Origin: Planctomycetota bacterium
GTDB taxonomy: Bacteria; Planctomycetota; UBA1135; GCA-002686595
Assembly: GCA_009691855.1 (NCBI GenBank)
Contig: SIAI01000007.1
Location: 33,935 to 97,934, forward strand
Direction of reading: 5' to 3'
DNA: 64,000 nt
In this document: in pieces, positions 56,412 through 64,000 of the stretch
How the letters are laid out: the number at the start of each line of letters is the position of its first letter
Numbering within the stretch: position 1 is the stretch's first letter
Made by a program: the position numbers and the translations under genes
Notes under the pieces: model-generated
Database searches by the model: none
What the model was told of the DNA's origin: nothing
The model's input: only the letters and a program-made list of their open reading frames with translations

Positions 56412-57110
56412 TCACTCCAGCGCGCGCCGCAGCACGTCCACCTCGTCCTCGACCTCGCCCGGCGCGACGGTCTCGCGTACCTCGTCGCGCACCAGCTCGC
56501 CGAAGCGCCGGCGCAGGCGGTGGAGCGCGACGCGCACGGCGTTCTCGCTGCAGGCGAGCGTGGCGGCGAGCTGCGCGCCGTGGCCGCGCTCGTCGGTGAC
56601 GGCGAGGTAGGGCTCGAGCGCGCGCCACTGGGCGAGCTTGCCGATCGATTCCTGTTCCATTGCCAGACGCTCCCGCGCGCGCTCGAGCACGGCCGCGGCC
56701 CAGGCGCGCTCGAACTCGCGCTCGGGCGTGAGCGCGGTGGCCGGCTCGAAGGCGCGCTCGAGCTCCGCCAGCGCCGCCGAATCGAGCGAGAGCGGGCGCG
56801 GGCCACGCTTCGCGGCGTTCTCGCGCGCGTGCTCGTTGGCGAGGTAATGCCGCAGCGCGCCCAGCAAGAACGAACGGAAGCGCCCGCGCTCGGGATCCGC
56901 CTGGGCGAAGTCGTCCTTCTCCAGCAGGCGCGCGAAGAAGCCCTGCGTGAGGTCCTCGGCTAGAACCGGATGTGCGCCCTGGCGCCGCACGAAGGCGTAG
57001 ACCGGAGGCCAATACGCGCGACACAGCGTATCGAGCGCCGCGCGACGCTCGGGCGCGCTCGCGTGACTCGCCGCGCGCACCAGAGTCCAGCGCGTCGTCT
57101 GGAAGGGCAT
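56412..57110 (-). CDS. ECF sigma factor of the Ser/Thr-kinase-associated type (ECF43-like)
   Basis: N-terminus MPFQTTRWTLVRAA...LCRAYWPPVYAFVRRQG...EDLTQGFFARLLEKD. GRFRSFLLGALRHYLANE. Region 4 LAATLACSENAVRVALHRLRRRF. Confidence 0.85.
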   Translation of the reverse strand: MPFQTTRWTLVRAASHASAPERRAALDTLCRAYWPPVYAFVRRQGAHPVLAEDLTQGFFARLLEKDDFAQADPERGRFRSFLLGALRHYLANEHARENAAKRGPRPLSLDSAALAELERAFEPATALTPEREFERAWAAAVLERARERLAMEQESIGKLAQWRALEPYLAVTDERGHGAQLAATLACSENAVRVALHRLRRRFGELVRDEVRETVAPGEVEDEVDVLRRALE

Positions 57111-57301
57111 CGCAGGAGCTTAGCGGATCCCTTGCTCGCTGCGCCGAGGCGCGCCGCGGCTCGGCGCTTAGACTGGACGCGCCGGGGCGTCCTCGCTTTT
57201 CTTCGTAACGATCGTCGGCGAGCGCTTCAGGGACGTCCAAAGCCCGCGCGCCTCGCGCGCTCGACACACGCGCTCCGCGCGCATCCAGCACCACGCGTCG
57301 C

Positions 57302-58720
57302 GTGCACAAACCCATGAGCCGAATCCTCGCCGTCAGCCTCCTCGCCGCCCTCACGACCACGCTCGTTCACGCGCAACAAGCCGCGGCCACGCCCGTGCGC
57401 CCCTGGACGCTGCTCGTCTACGGCGGCGCCGACAACAACGCCGACGGGCCGATCCTCGAGTTCCTCGACCAGGTGCGCGTGGCGATCGACGACGACCCGG
57501 GTATCGAGCTCTTGCTGCTCCTCGATCGCAGCGACAAGTTCTCGGACGACGCCACGATGCTGGGCTCGGACTTCAGCGGGGTGCAGCTCTTCCGCCTGCA
57601 CAAGATGACGGCCGAGCGCCTGTCCGGCGGCGCGGAGTTTCCCGAGCTCACGCTGGATTCCGAGGCCGAGCTCGACTCGGCCGACGCCGACAACCTGCGC
57701 CGCTTCATCGACTGGGGCAAGGCGCACTACCCGGCCCAGCACTACGGCGTGATGATCTACAGCCACGCCAGCGGGCGCTCGATGTGCCCCGACCAGGAGA
57801 GCGGACACGACATGGGCATCCCCGAGCTCAGCCAGGTGCTGAGCGCGAAGCAGTCGGTCGACTTCCTGGCGCTCGAGCTGTGCAACATGGGCGGGATCGA
57901 GATCAGCTACCAGTGGCGCCCGGCCGCCGACAAGGAGGCGCCGCGCTTCGGCGCCGACGTGCTCGTCGCGATCCCCAATGCCGGCCCGCCGCTCGACTGG
58001 GACCGCGCCTTCGCGCGCATCCGCTCCAAGGGGCACACGGCGAGCCCGTTGAAGGCGCCGTTCCTCGATCCCGCAACGATGACCGCGGCCGACTTCGGCA
58101 AGCTGGTGATGGAGGAGGGCCAGCGCGGGCGCGAGCTCGCCAAGGAGCGGCGCCCCGAGCGCGTCGCGCACGAGGCCGCCGGCTGCTACGACCTGCGCCA
58201 GGCGAAGGCCGTGAAGCAGGGGCTCGACGCGCTCGCCGTGACGCTCGCCGCGCACCCCGACGAGAAGGACATGTTCATGGAGATGCGCGGGCCCGGGCCG
58301 ATCGGCGACGCGCTCACCTACGACGAGGGCGGCCCGTTCATCGACCTCTACGACCTGACACGGCGCGCGGCCGAGTGCGATGGCTTGAGCGACGCGACGC
58401 GCGCGGCGGCCAAGAAGGTGATGGAGAGCTGCGACGCCTTCGTGCTCGCCTCCTTCGGCATGTCCGGCTACCCCGGCTTCGCCGGCGGCAAGAACGGCGT
58501 GTTCGTGATCCTGCCCGTGGACGAGCCGGGCCGCTGGAAGAACTTCACCTGGTACACGCCGCTCGCGCACGACGAGGGCGGCAAGGACATCGGCCACTGG
58601 TCGTTCCTCGCGGACGGCGCCACGCCGAACAACGGCAAGGTCGAGAACTGGTTCGAGCTGCTCGACTGTTGGTTCGACGCCGCCGACGACGCGGGCGGGG
58701 TGAACGGCTACCGCTACTGA
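57302..58720 (+). CDS. secreted clostripain-family (C11) cysteine peptidase
   Basis: Signal SRILAVSLLAALTTTLVHAQQ (start GTG 57302 or ATG 57314). TLLVYGGADNN, MIYSHASGR (His), LALELCNMGG (Cys). Confidence 0.8.
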   Translation: MHKPMSRILAVSLLAALTTTLVHAQQAAATPVRPWTLLVYGGADNNADGPILEFLDQVRVAIDDDPGIELLLLLDRSDKFSDDATMLGSDFSGVQLFRLHKMTAERLSGGAEFPELTLDSEAELDSADADNLRRFIDWGKAHYPAQHYGVMIYSHASGRSMCPDQESGHDMGIPELSQVLSAKQSVDFLALELCNMGGIEISYQWRPAADKEAPRFGADVLVAIPNAGPPLDWDRAFARIRSKGHTASPLKAPFLDPATMTAADFGKLVMEEGQRGRELAKERRPERVAHEAAGCYDLRQAKAVKQGLDALAVTLAAHPDEKDMFMEMRGPGPIGDALTYDEGGPFIDLYDLTRRAAECDGLSDATRAAAKKVMESCDAFVLASFGMSGYPGFAGGKNGVFVILPVDEPGRWKNFTWYTPLAHDEGGKDIGHWSFLADGATPNNGKVENWFELLDCWFDAADDAGGVNGYRY

Positions 58721-58782
58721 AGCGGCGAATCCTCGAACCCTGTGGGGCTCGTACGGCATCCTGGGGGCATGGAGACGCACGC

Positions 58783-59706
58783 TTGAAGAACCTCGCCTTC
58801 GCCCTGTCGACCTTCCTCGCCCTGCCCTGCGCTCTCGCCGCCCAGGCGCCCACCGCGCGCGCAGCCGAGGACGCGCTGCTCGCCAAGCACGTCGCCACGC
58901 TGCGCGAGCTCGTCGCCGGTCCGCCCGAGGCGCCGCGTCCGCAGGTGCTGCTCCTCGGCACGTTCCACCTCGACAATCCCGGGCTCGATACGCACAAGCC
59001 GAAGTACACCTTCGACGTGTTCGGCGAGGAGGGGCAGCGCCAGCTCGCCGAGCTGCTCGCGCGCCTGGCCGAGTTCCGCCCGACGAAGATCCTGGTGGAG
59101 CAGCCGAGCGACGCACAAGGGAGCCTCGATCGCTGGTACGCGAGCTACAAGGCCGGCAATAGCACGAAGACCGCCAACGAGGTCGTCACCGTCGGCTTCG
59201 CGCTCGCCCAGCGCCTCACGCACGAGCGCGTCTACGCCTTCGACGCGCGTCCGGAGTGGCTGCCGACGGCGCCCGACACGGACGAAGCCATGCGCGAGGA
59301 AGCCGAGCGCATGGGCAAGCTCGAGTTCCTCGAAGACCCGGTGAGCGCGCTCTACTCGCGCGCCTATGCGCAGGGCGACGAGATCGAGGAGACGCTGAGC
59401 CTGCGTCAACGCCTGCGCCTCTTGAACCACCCCGACATGCTGCGCGCGAGCCACGGCGCGTACTTCTTCTTCGCCGGCTTCCGCGTCAACGACGGCGAGA
59501 ACTTCCCCGGACCGGACGGCTTCGCCAGCGCCTGGCACAACCGCAACCTGCGCATGTTCAGCAACATCCAGCGCCTGGCGAGCGCGCCCGACGAGCGCCT
59601 GCTGGTGATCGTCGGCGCCGGGCACGTGCCGATCCTGCAGCAGTGCGTGCAGTGCTGCCCGACCCTGGCGTGGGTCTCGGCCTACGACTTCCTCGCGCCC
59701 CGCTGA
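58783..59706 (+). CDS. secreted TraB/GumN-like (DUF5694-type) protein
   Basis: TTG 58783 with GGAGA 8 nt upstream. Signal LKNLAFALSTFLALPCALAAQA. VLLLGTFHLDNPGLD, FRPTKILVEQ, NEVVTVGFALAQRL, VIVGAGHVPIL. Confidence 0.55.
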   Translation: MKNLAFALSTFLALPCALAAQAPTARAAEDALLAKHVATLRELVAGPPEAPRPQVLLLGTFHLDNPGLDTHKPKYTFDVFGEEGQRQLAELLARLAEFRPTKILVEQPSDAQGSLDRWYASYKAGNSTKTANEVVTVGFALAQRLTHERVYAFDARPEWLPTAPDTDEAMREEAERMGKLEFLEDPVSALYSRAYAQGDEIEETLSLRQRLRLLNHPDMLRASHGAYFFFAGFRVNDGENFPGPDGFASAWHNRNLRMFSNIQRLASAPDERLLVIVGAGHVPILQQCVQCCPTLAWVSAYDFLAPR

Positions 59707-59719
59707 GCGCGCTCCGCCG

Positions 59720-60502
59720 ATGCCGCGCATCCGCCTCGTCCACTGGAAGGAAGCCGAGGGCAACGCGCGCGCGCGCGAGCTGCGCGCTGCCGGTCTGCGG
59801 GTCGAGTACGAACTCGACGCGCCCGCCGCGCTGCGCGCGAGCAAAGAGGAGCCGCCGGACGCGCTCGTGATCGACCTCACGCGCTTGCCCTCGCACGGCC
59901 GCGAGATGGCCTGGGCGCTGCGCACGAGCAAGAAGACACGTCACGTGCCGCTGGTGTTCGTGGGCGGCGAGCCGGCCAAGGTCGCGCGCATCCACAAGGA
60001 GCTGCCGGATGCGAGCTACTGCGAGTGGAAGGACGCTGCACGCGCGATCGAACGCGCGCTTGCCGCTCCGCCGCGCGAGCCGGTCGTGCCCGAATCGAAG
60101 CACTTCTACGCCGACAAGCCGCTGGCCGGGAAGCTCGGCTGGAAGGCTGGCGCGACGCTGGCGCTGGTCGACGCGCCGGACGGTTGCGAGCGCTTGCTCG
60201 GCGCGCAGCCCGAGGGCGCGAAGCTCGTGCGCGGCCTGCGCGGGAAGCCGGAGCTCGTGCTGTGGTTCGTGCGCAGCGAGAAGGAGCTGCGCGCCGCGCT
60301 GCCGAAGTGGAAGAAGGCCGCCGCGGCCGGCACGCGCGTGTGGGTCTGCTGGCCGAAGAAGGGCTCGGCGCTCGCGACCGACCTGACGGGCGAGCGCGTG
60401 CGCACCGCTCCGCACGCGCTGGGTCTCGTGGACTTCAAGATCTGCGCGCTCGACGCGGACTGGTCGGGGATGTGCTTCGCGCTGCGCAAGGCGGGCGCGT
60501 GA
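59720..60502 (+). CDS. receiver-like domain fused to a DUF3052-like domain
   Basis: The N-terminal CheY-like pattern (RIRLVHW..., PDALVIDLTRLPSHGRE, PLVFVGG) lacks the usual acidic pair. The C-terminal part is LGWKAGATLALVDAPDG...VWVCWPKKGS. Confidence 0.5.
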   Translation: MPRIRLVHWKEAEGNARARELRAAGLRVEYELDAPAALRASKEEPPDALVIDLTRLPSHGREMAWALRTSKKTRHVPLVFVGGEPAKVARIHKELPDASYCEWKDAARAIERALAAPPREPVVPESKHFYADKPLAGKLGWKAGATLALVDAPDGCERLLGAQPEGAKLVRGLRGKPELVLWFVRSEKELRAALPKWKKAAAAGTRVWVCWPKKGSALATDLTGERVRTAPHALGLVDFKICALDADWSGMCFALRKAGA

Positions 60503-60524
60503 GCCAGAAGCGGAGCTGAGGCGT

Positions 60525-61244
60525 TTGCTGGACACCCCGTGGCAGCCAGTCGGTCCGCTGGGCGCCGTCTACCTACTCTTGATCGGGCTCCTCTTGCCTA
60601 GGGCGGTGTGGAAGTCGGGCCGGCGCGCTCGGGACCTGCCGGCGCCGCCGCGCACGACGTACATCCTGAGCGCGCTGCAGACGGCCGCTGTCCTGGGCGG
60701 CCTGGGCCTGTGGGTCGCGCGCGTCGAGGGCCTCGCGCTCTTCCCCGGCGCCTTGCCGCTGCCGCGCGACATCGGTCTCGGGCTCCTGGCCACGGTCGTG
60801 CTCGTGCTGGTGCTGGCGCCCTATCGCGCGAGGATCGCACGCAGGCGCGACCGGAGCATGCAGCACTTCTGCGAGCCGACGCGCACGGACCGCGCGCTGT
60901 GGGTGGTGCTGTCGCTCTCGGCGGGCTTCTGGGAGGAGCTCGTCTACCGGGGCGTGCTGTGCACACTGCTGGCGCGGGTCACGGGCAGCGCGCCGCTCGC
61001 CGTCGCGCTGGCGCTGCTCGCTTTCACGCTCGGGCACCTCCATCGGAGTTGGAGCGCGCTGATACCGGTGGCCGTGATCGGCCTCGTGCTGCACGCGTTC
61101 GTGTTCCTCACTGGCACGCTGTACGTCGCGATGGGGGTTCACTTGCTCTACGACGTGGCCACCGGCTTCGCCTACATGCGCCTGGCGGCGAAGCACGGGA
61201 TCACGCGCGAGGTGCCGCCGGCCGGAGGGCCCGCGCCATCCTGA
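60525..61244 (+). CDS. CPBP-family intramembrane glutamic endopeptidase (CAAX protease-like)
   Basis: Motif 1 FWEELVYRG. Motif 2 FTLGHL. Motif 3 H(A/L)..(D/N) region VHLLYDV. Polytopic. Confidence 0.8.
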   Translation: MLDTPWQPVGPLGAVYLLLIGLLLPRAVWKSGRRARDLPAPPRTTYILSALQTAAVLGGLGLWVARVEGLALFPGALPLPRDIGLGLLATVVLVLVLAPYRARIARRRDRSMQHFCEPTRTDRALWVVLSLSAGFWEELVYRGVLCTLLARVTGSAPLAVALALLAFTLGHLHRSWSALIPVAVIGLVLHAFVFLTGTLYVAMGVHLLYDVATGFAYMRLAAKHGITREVPPAGGPAPS

Positions 61245-61369
61245 ATCCGGCGGGCCGCTCTCGCGCGTAGAGAGCCCGGATGAGGAACGCACACCGTACA
61301 TCGCACCGGCGGCGAGGCCCGCCGACGTGCCCAGGCGCATCGAGGCGCTCACGCGCTGACGCGGCTCTC

Positions 61370-62647
61370 CTACTCGTGCCGCAGTGCCGTGATCGGATTC
61401 ATCTGCGCGGCGCGCCGCGCCGGGTAGATGCCGAACAGGATGCCGACGGCGCACGAGATGCCCAGCGCGACGAGCACGTAGTGCGGCTCGACGATCGCCG
61501 TCCACGCGGTGTAGCGCGCGATGCCCTGGATGCCGAGCAGGCCCAGGAGGCAGCCGATCAGGCCGCCGACGACCGCGATCGAGGTCGTCTCGGTCAGGAA
61601 CTGGATCGAGATGTCGCGCCGGCGCGCACCCAGCGCCCGGCGCACGCCGATCTCACGGGTGCGCTCGGTGATCGTGGCCAGCATGATGTTGGCGATGCCG
61701 ATGCCGCCGACGAGCAGCGAGATCGAGGCGATCAGGATCATCACCAGGTTGAAGGTCTTCTGCGTGGCCTCGCTCTGCTGCAGGAGCTCGAGCGGCACGA
61801 CGATCTCGTAGTCCTTCTTCTTGTGCAGCTGCGCGAGCGCGGAGGACAGCATCTGCGCGGTCTGGAACACCTGCTCGGCCGTGGTGGTCGAGACGATGAT
61901 CTGGTCGAGCTCGACCTGGGTGGCTTCGTTGCTGCCGGCGCGCTGGATGACGGTCATCGTGCCCAGCGTGCTCATCGAGGTCTGGTAGGGGATGTAGATC
62001 TCCTGCGCCAGGCCGTCGAGGTTGAGCGCCTTGGCGGTGTGCGAGCGGAAGCCCGCGTCCTCCAGCACACCGATGATCTCGAAGGGGAAGCCGCCGATGT
62101 AGATCCACTGTCCGAGCGGGTCGTCGACGCTCTCCAGCTGCTTGACGAAGCCCGGGCGCACCAGCGCGACCTTGGCGCGACTCTGGTCGTCGAGCGCGGT
62201 GAAGGTACGCCCGCGGCGCACGGAGAGGCCGAACATCGTCAGGTGTTCGGGCTGCACGCCCAGCACCGAGGCCTCGATGCGCCTCGAGCCGTACCAGGCG
62301 CGCTGCGTCACGCGGTTGACGCGCAGGAGGCTGGCCACGGTGGGCACGATCGCCTGGATGTAGTCCGCGTCGGCGAAGGTCAGGCCGTAGCGCAGCAGGT
62401 ACTGGTTTGTGTTCTCGGGCTTCGTCTCCTCGGGCGGCTTGACCGAGTTCAGGATGATGTTGCGCACGCCCAGCTCGCCGATGCGCGCCAGGATCTCGGC
62501 GCGCGCGCCGGCGCCGACCGAGAGCATCGTGATCACCGAGCCGACGCCGAAGATCATGCCCAGCATGGTCAGGAACGAGCGCAGCTTGTTGCGGCGCAGA
62601 CCGCGCAGGCCCTGACCGAGGATCTCGAGCGCGCGCTCCGGGCTCAT
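61370..62647 (-). CDS. MacB/FtsX-type ABC transporter permease
   Basis: ATG 62647 overlaps the ATPase stop (ATGA). RRNKLRSFLTMLGMIFGVGSVI (MacB_PCD N-terminus). The C-terminal FtsX block is ITERTREIGVRRALGARRRDI. Confidence 0.9.
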   Translation of the reverse strand: MSPERALEILGQGLRGLRRNKLRSFLTMLGMIFGVGSVITMLSVGAGARAEILARIGELGVRNIILNSVKPPEETKPENTNQYLLRYGLTFADADYIQAIVPTVASLLRVNRVTQRAWYGSRRIEASVLGVQPEHLTMFGLSVRRGRTFTALDDQSRAKVALVRPGFVKQLESVDDPLGQWIYIGGFPFEIIGVLEDAGFRSHTAKALNLDGLAQEIYIPYQTSMSTLGTMTVIQRAGSNEATQVELDQIIVSTTTAEQVFQTAQMLSSALAQLHKKKDYEIVVPLELLQQSEATQKTFNLVMILIASISLLVGGIGIANIMLATITERTREIGVRRALGARRRDISIQFLTETTSIAVVGGLIGCLLGLLGIQGIARYTAWTAIVEPHYVLVALGISCAVGILFGIYPARRAAQMNPITALRHE

Positions 62648-63387
62648 GCGTGCGCTCCGGCGTTCGCGTGGTCGCCGATGTGCGCGCGCTTGGTCGGCGC
62701 TCCGTCGCGCACGATGCGGCCGTCGTGCATCTCGACCACGCGCGGGAGCTCGGCGGCGATGTCCGGGTTGTGCGTGACCATCACGATCGTGCGCCCCTGA
62801 CGATGGAGCTCGCGGAAGAGCTGCATGACTTCGGCGCCGTTCTTCGAGTCCAGGTTGCCGGTGGGCTCGTCGGCCAGGAGTAGCGCCGGCTTGTTGACCA
62901 GCGCGCGCGCGATGGCCACGCGCTGGCACTCGCCGCCCGAGAGCTGCGTCGGGTTCGACTGCAGGCGGTGCATCATGCCCACCGACTCGAGCAGCTCCTC
63001 GCAGCGCGCGCGCCGCGTCTTGCGTGGCGCGCCGTCGTAGAACAGCGGCAACTCGACGTTCTCCAGCACCGTCAGCTGCGGGATGAGCTGGAACGACTGG
63101 AACACGAAGCCGATCGAGCGGTTGCGCACGCGCGCGAGCTCGTCGTCGTCGAGCTGGGCCACGTCGCGTCCGTCCAGGCGGTACGAGCCGCCCGTCGGCC
63201 GGTCCAGGCAGCCCAGGATGTTGAGCAGCGTGGTCTTGCCCGAGCCCGAGGCGCCCACGATGCCCAGCAGCTCGCCCTGGCTCACCAGGCAGTCGAGACC
63301 GTGCAGCACGCGCAGGAGGCTGTCGCCGGAGCCGAACTCCTTGGTCAGCGCGGCGAGCTCGAGGACGGGCGCGGGCACGGATTTCAC
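62644..63387 (-). CDS. ABC transporter ATP-binding protein (MacB/LolD-like)
   Basis: Walker A GASGSGKTTL, signature LSGGECQRVAIARAL, Walker B LLLADEPTGNLD. Confidence 0.9.
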   Translation of the reverse strand: MKSVPAPVLELAALTKEFGSGDSLLRVLHGLDCLVSQGELLGIVGASGSGKTTLLNILGCLDRPTGGSYRLDGRDVAQLDDDELARVRNRSIGFVFQSFQLIPQLTVLENVELPLFYDGAPRKTRRARCEELLESVGMMHRLQSNPTQLSGGECQRVAIARALVNKPALLLADEPTGNLDSKNGAEVMQLFRELHRQGRTIVMVTHNPDIAAELPRVVEMHDGRIVRDGAPTKRAHIGDHANAGAHA

Positions 63388-63397
63388 TCTGCTGGGT

Positions 63398-64000
63398 TCA
63401 CTCGACCGGCGCGCCGGGGAGTTGCTTGGCCGGCTCGGCTTCGTCCTTGGACTGGCCGTCGGTGGCCTGACCCTCGCTGCGCGGATCGTAGAGCAGCACC
63501 TGCTCGCCCTCGCTCAGGCCACCGAGCACCTGCACGTGGTGCGCGTTGTTCTTGCCGATCTTGACCTCGCGCTCGACGGGTTTGCCATCCACGACCACGA
63601 AGGCGAGGTGCTTGCCCCCCTCGGGCACGATGGCGTGGATCGGCACGTAGAGCGCGTCCTTCACGGTCTCGATCTCGATCTCGGCCTTGGCCGTCACGCC
63701 GGCGCGCAGGTCGCTCTGCTTCGAGTCCAGCGTGATCTCGATCTTGAAGGTCTTGTTGGCCTGGTCGGCCCAGTTGCCGGAACTCGCGACCGAGGCGATC
63801 TCGGTGATCTTGCCGCTGAAGGACTCGCCCTTGCGCGAATCGACCGTCACCACCGCGGGCATGTCGAGCTTCAGCTTGTCGATGTCGGCCTCGTGCACCT
63901 GCAGGATCACTTGCATCGTGGTGCAGTCGGGGATCGTGATCAGCGTCTGGCCCTGATAGACCGAGTTGCCGACCTTGACCTCCTGGCGCCACCAGGTGTG
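63398..64000 (-). CDS. HlyD/MacA-type periplasmic adaptor, C-terminal part (5' end outside window)
   Basis: The frame stays open to the window edge (...VKVGNSVYQGQTLITIPDCTTMQVILQVHEADIDKLKLDMPAVVTVD...). This is the beta-barrel/MP-domain pattern of RND/ABC adaptor proteins. Confidence 0.8.
   Translation of the reverse strand, partial: HTWWRQEVKVGNSVYQGQTLITIPDCTTMQVILQVHEADIDKLKLDMPAVVTVDSRKGESFSGKITEIASVASSGNWADQANKTFKIEITLDSKQSDLRAGVTAKAEIEIETVKDALYVPIHAIVPEGGKHLAFVVVDGKPVEREVKIGKNNAHHVQVLGGLSEGEQVLLYDPRSEGQATDGQSKDEAEPAKQLPGAPVE

Overview
This is a very GC-rich bacterial chromosomal segment with a strong G/C preference at codon position 3. Every real gene is shadowed by long Arg/Ala/Pro/Gly-rich ORFs in other frames. 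Calls therefore rest on recognisable protein motifs, signal peptides, SD sequences and stop/start coupling. There are about 55 tightly packed protein genes. I saw no rRNA, tRNA, CRISPR array or intact transposase/integrase.

Content:
- Exported hydrolases: M28, S10, S9 and C11 peptidases, two beta-lactamase-fold serine hydrolases, and an SGNH hydrolase.
- Three FG-GAP/VCBS-type beta-propeller proteins, plus a lipoprotein with eight 'DLNGDGD' repeats.
- Regulators: an OmpR/HK pair, TetR, Crp, ArsR, TfoX, two ECF sigma factors and a Ser/Thr kinase.
- An MsbA-like and a MacAB-like ABC system.
- A methionine-type cluster: two PLP trans-sulfuration enzymes flanking an aspartokinase-homoserine dehydrogenase fusion.
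- A giant RecB/Cas4-nuclease plus Upf1-like helicase protein.
- A HigBA-like toxin-antitoxin pair.

The repertoire suggests a high-GC Gram-negative lineage such as Planctomycetota or Myxococcota; this is inference only.

Most notable observations:
1. A lipoprotein gene at 20663-22051 (-) is interrupted by one in-frame TGA. The TGA sits at the redox position of a thioredoxin/peroxiredoxin-like fold. It is followed by a hairpin whose apex matches the E. coli fdhF SECIS as I remember it. This is a candidate new selenoprotein.
2. A 1033-aa ECF sigma factor is fused through one TM helix to a large extracytoplasmic domain.
3. An ECF sigma factor is linked to a Ser/Thr kinase.
4. A SAM-I/IV-like riboswitch candidate lies in a scarred intergenic region upstream of the Met cluster.
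5. A duplicated FG-GAP gene pair shares a C-terminal module with a third protein.
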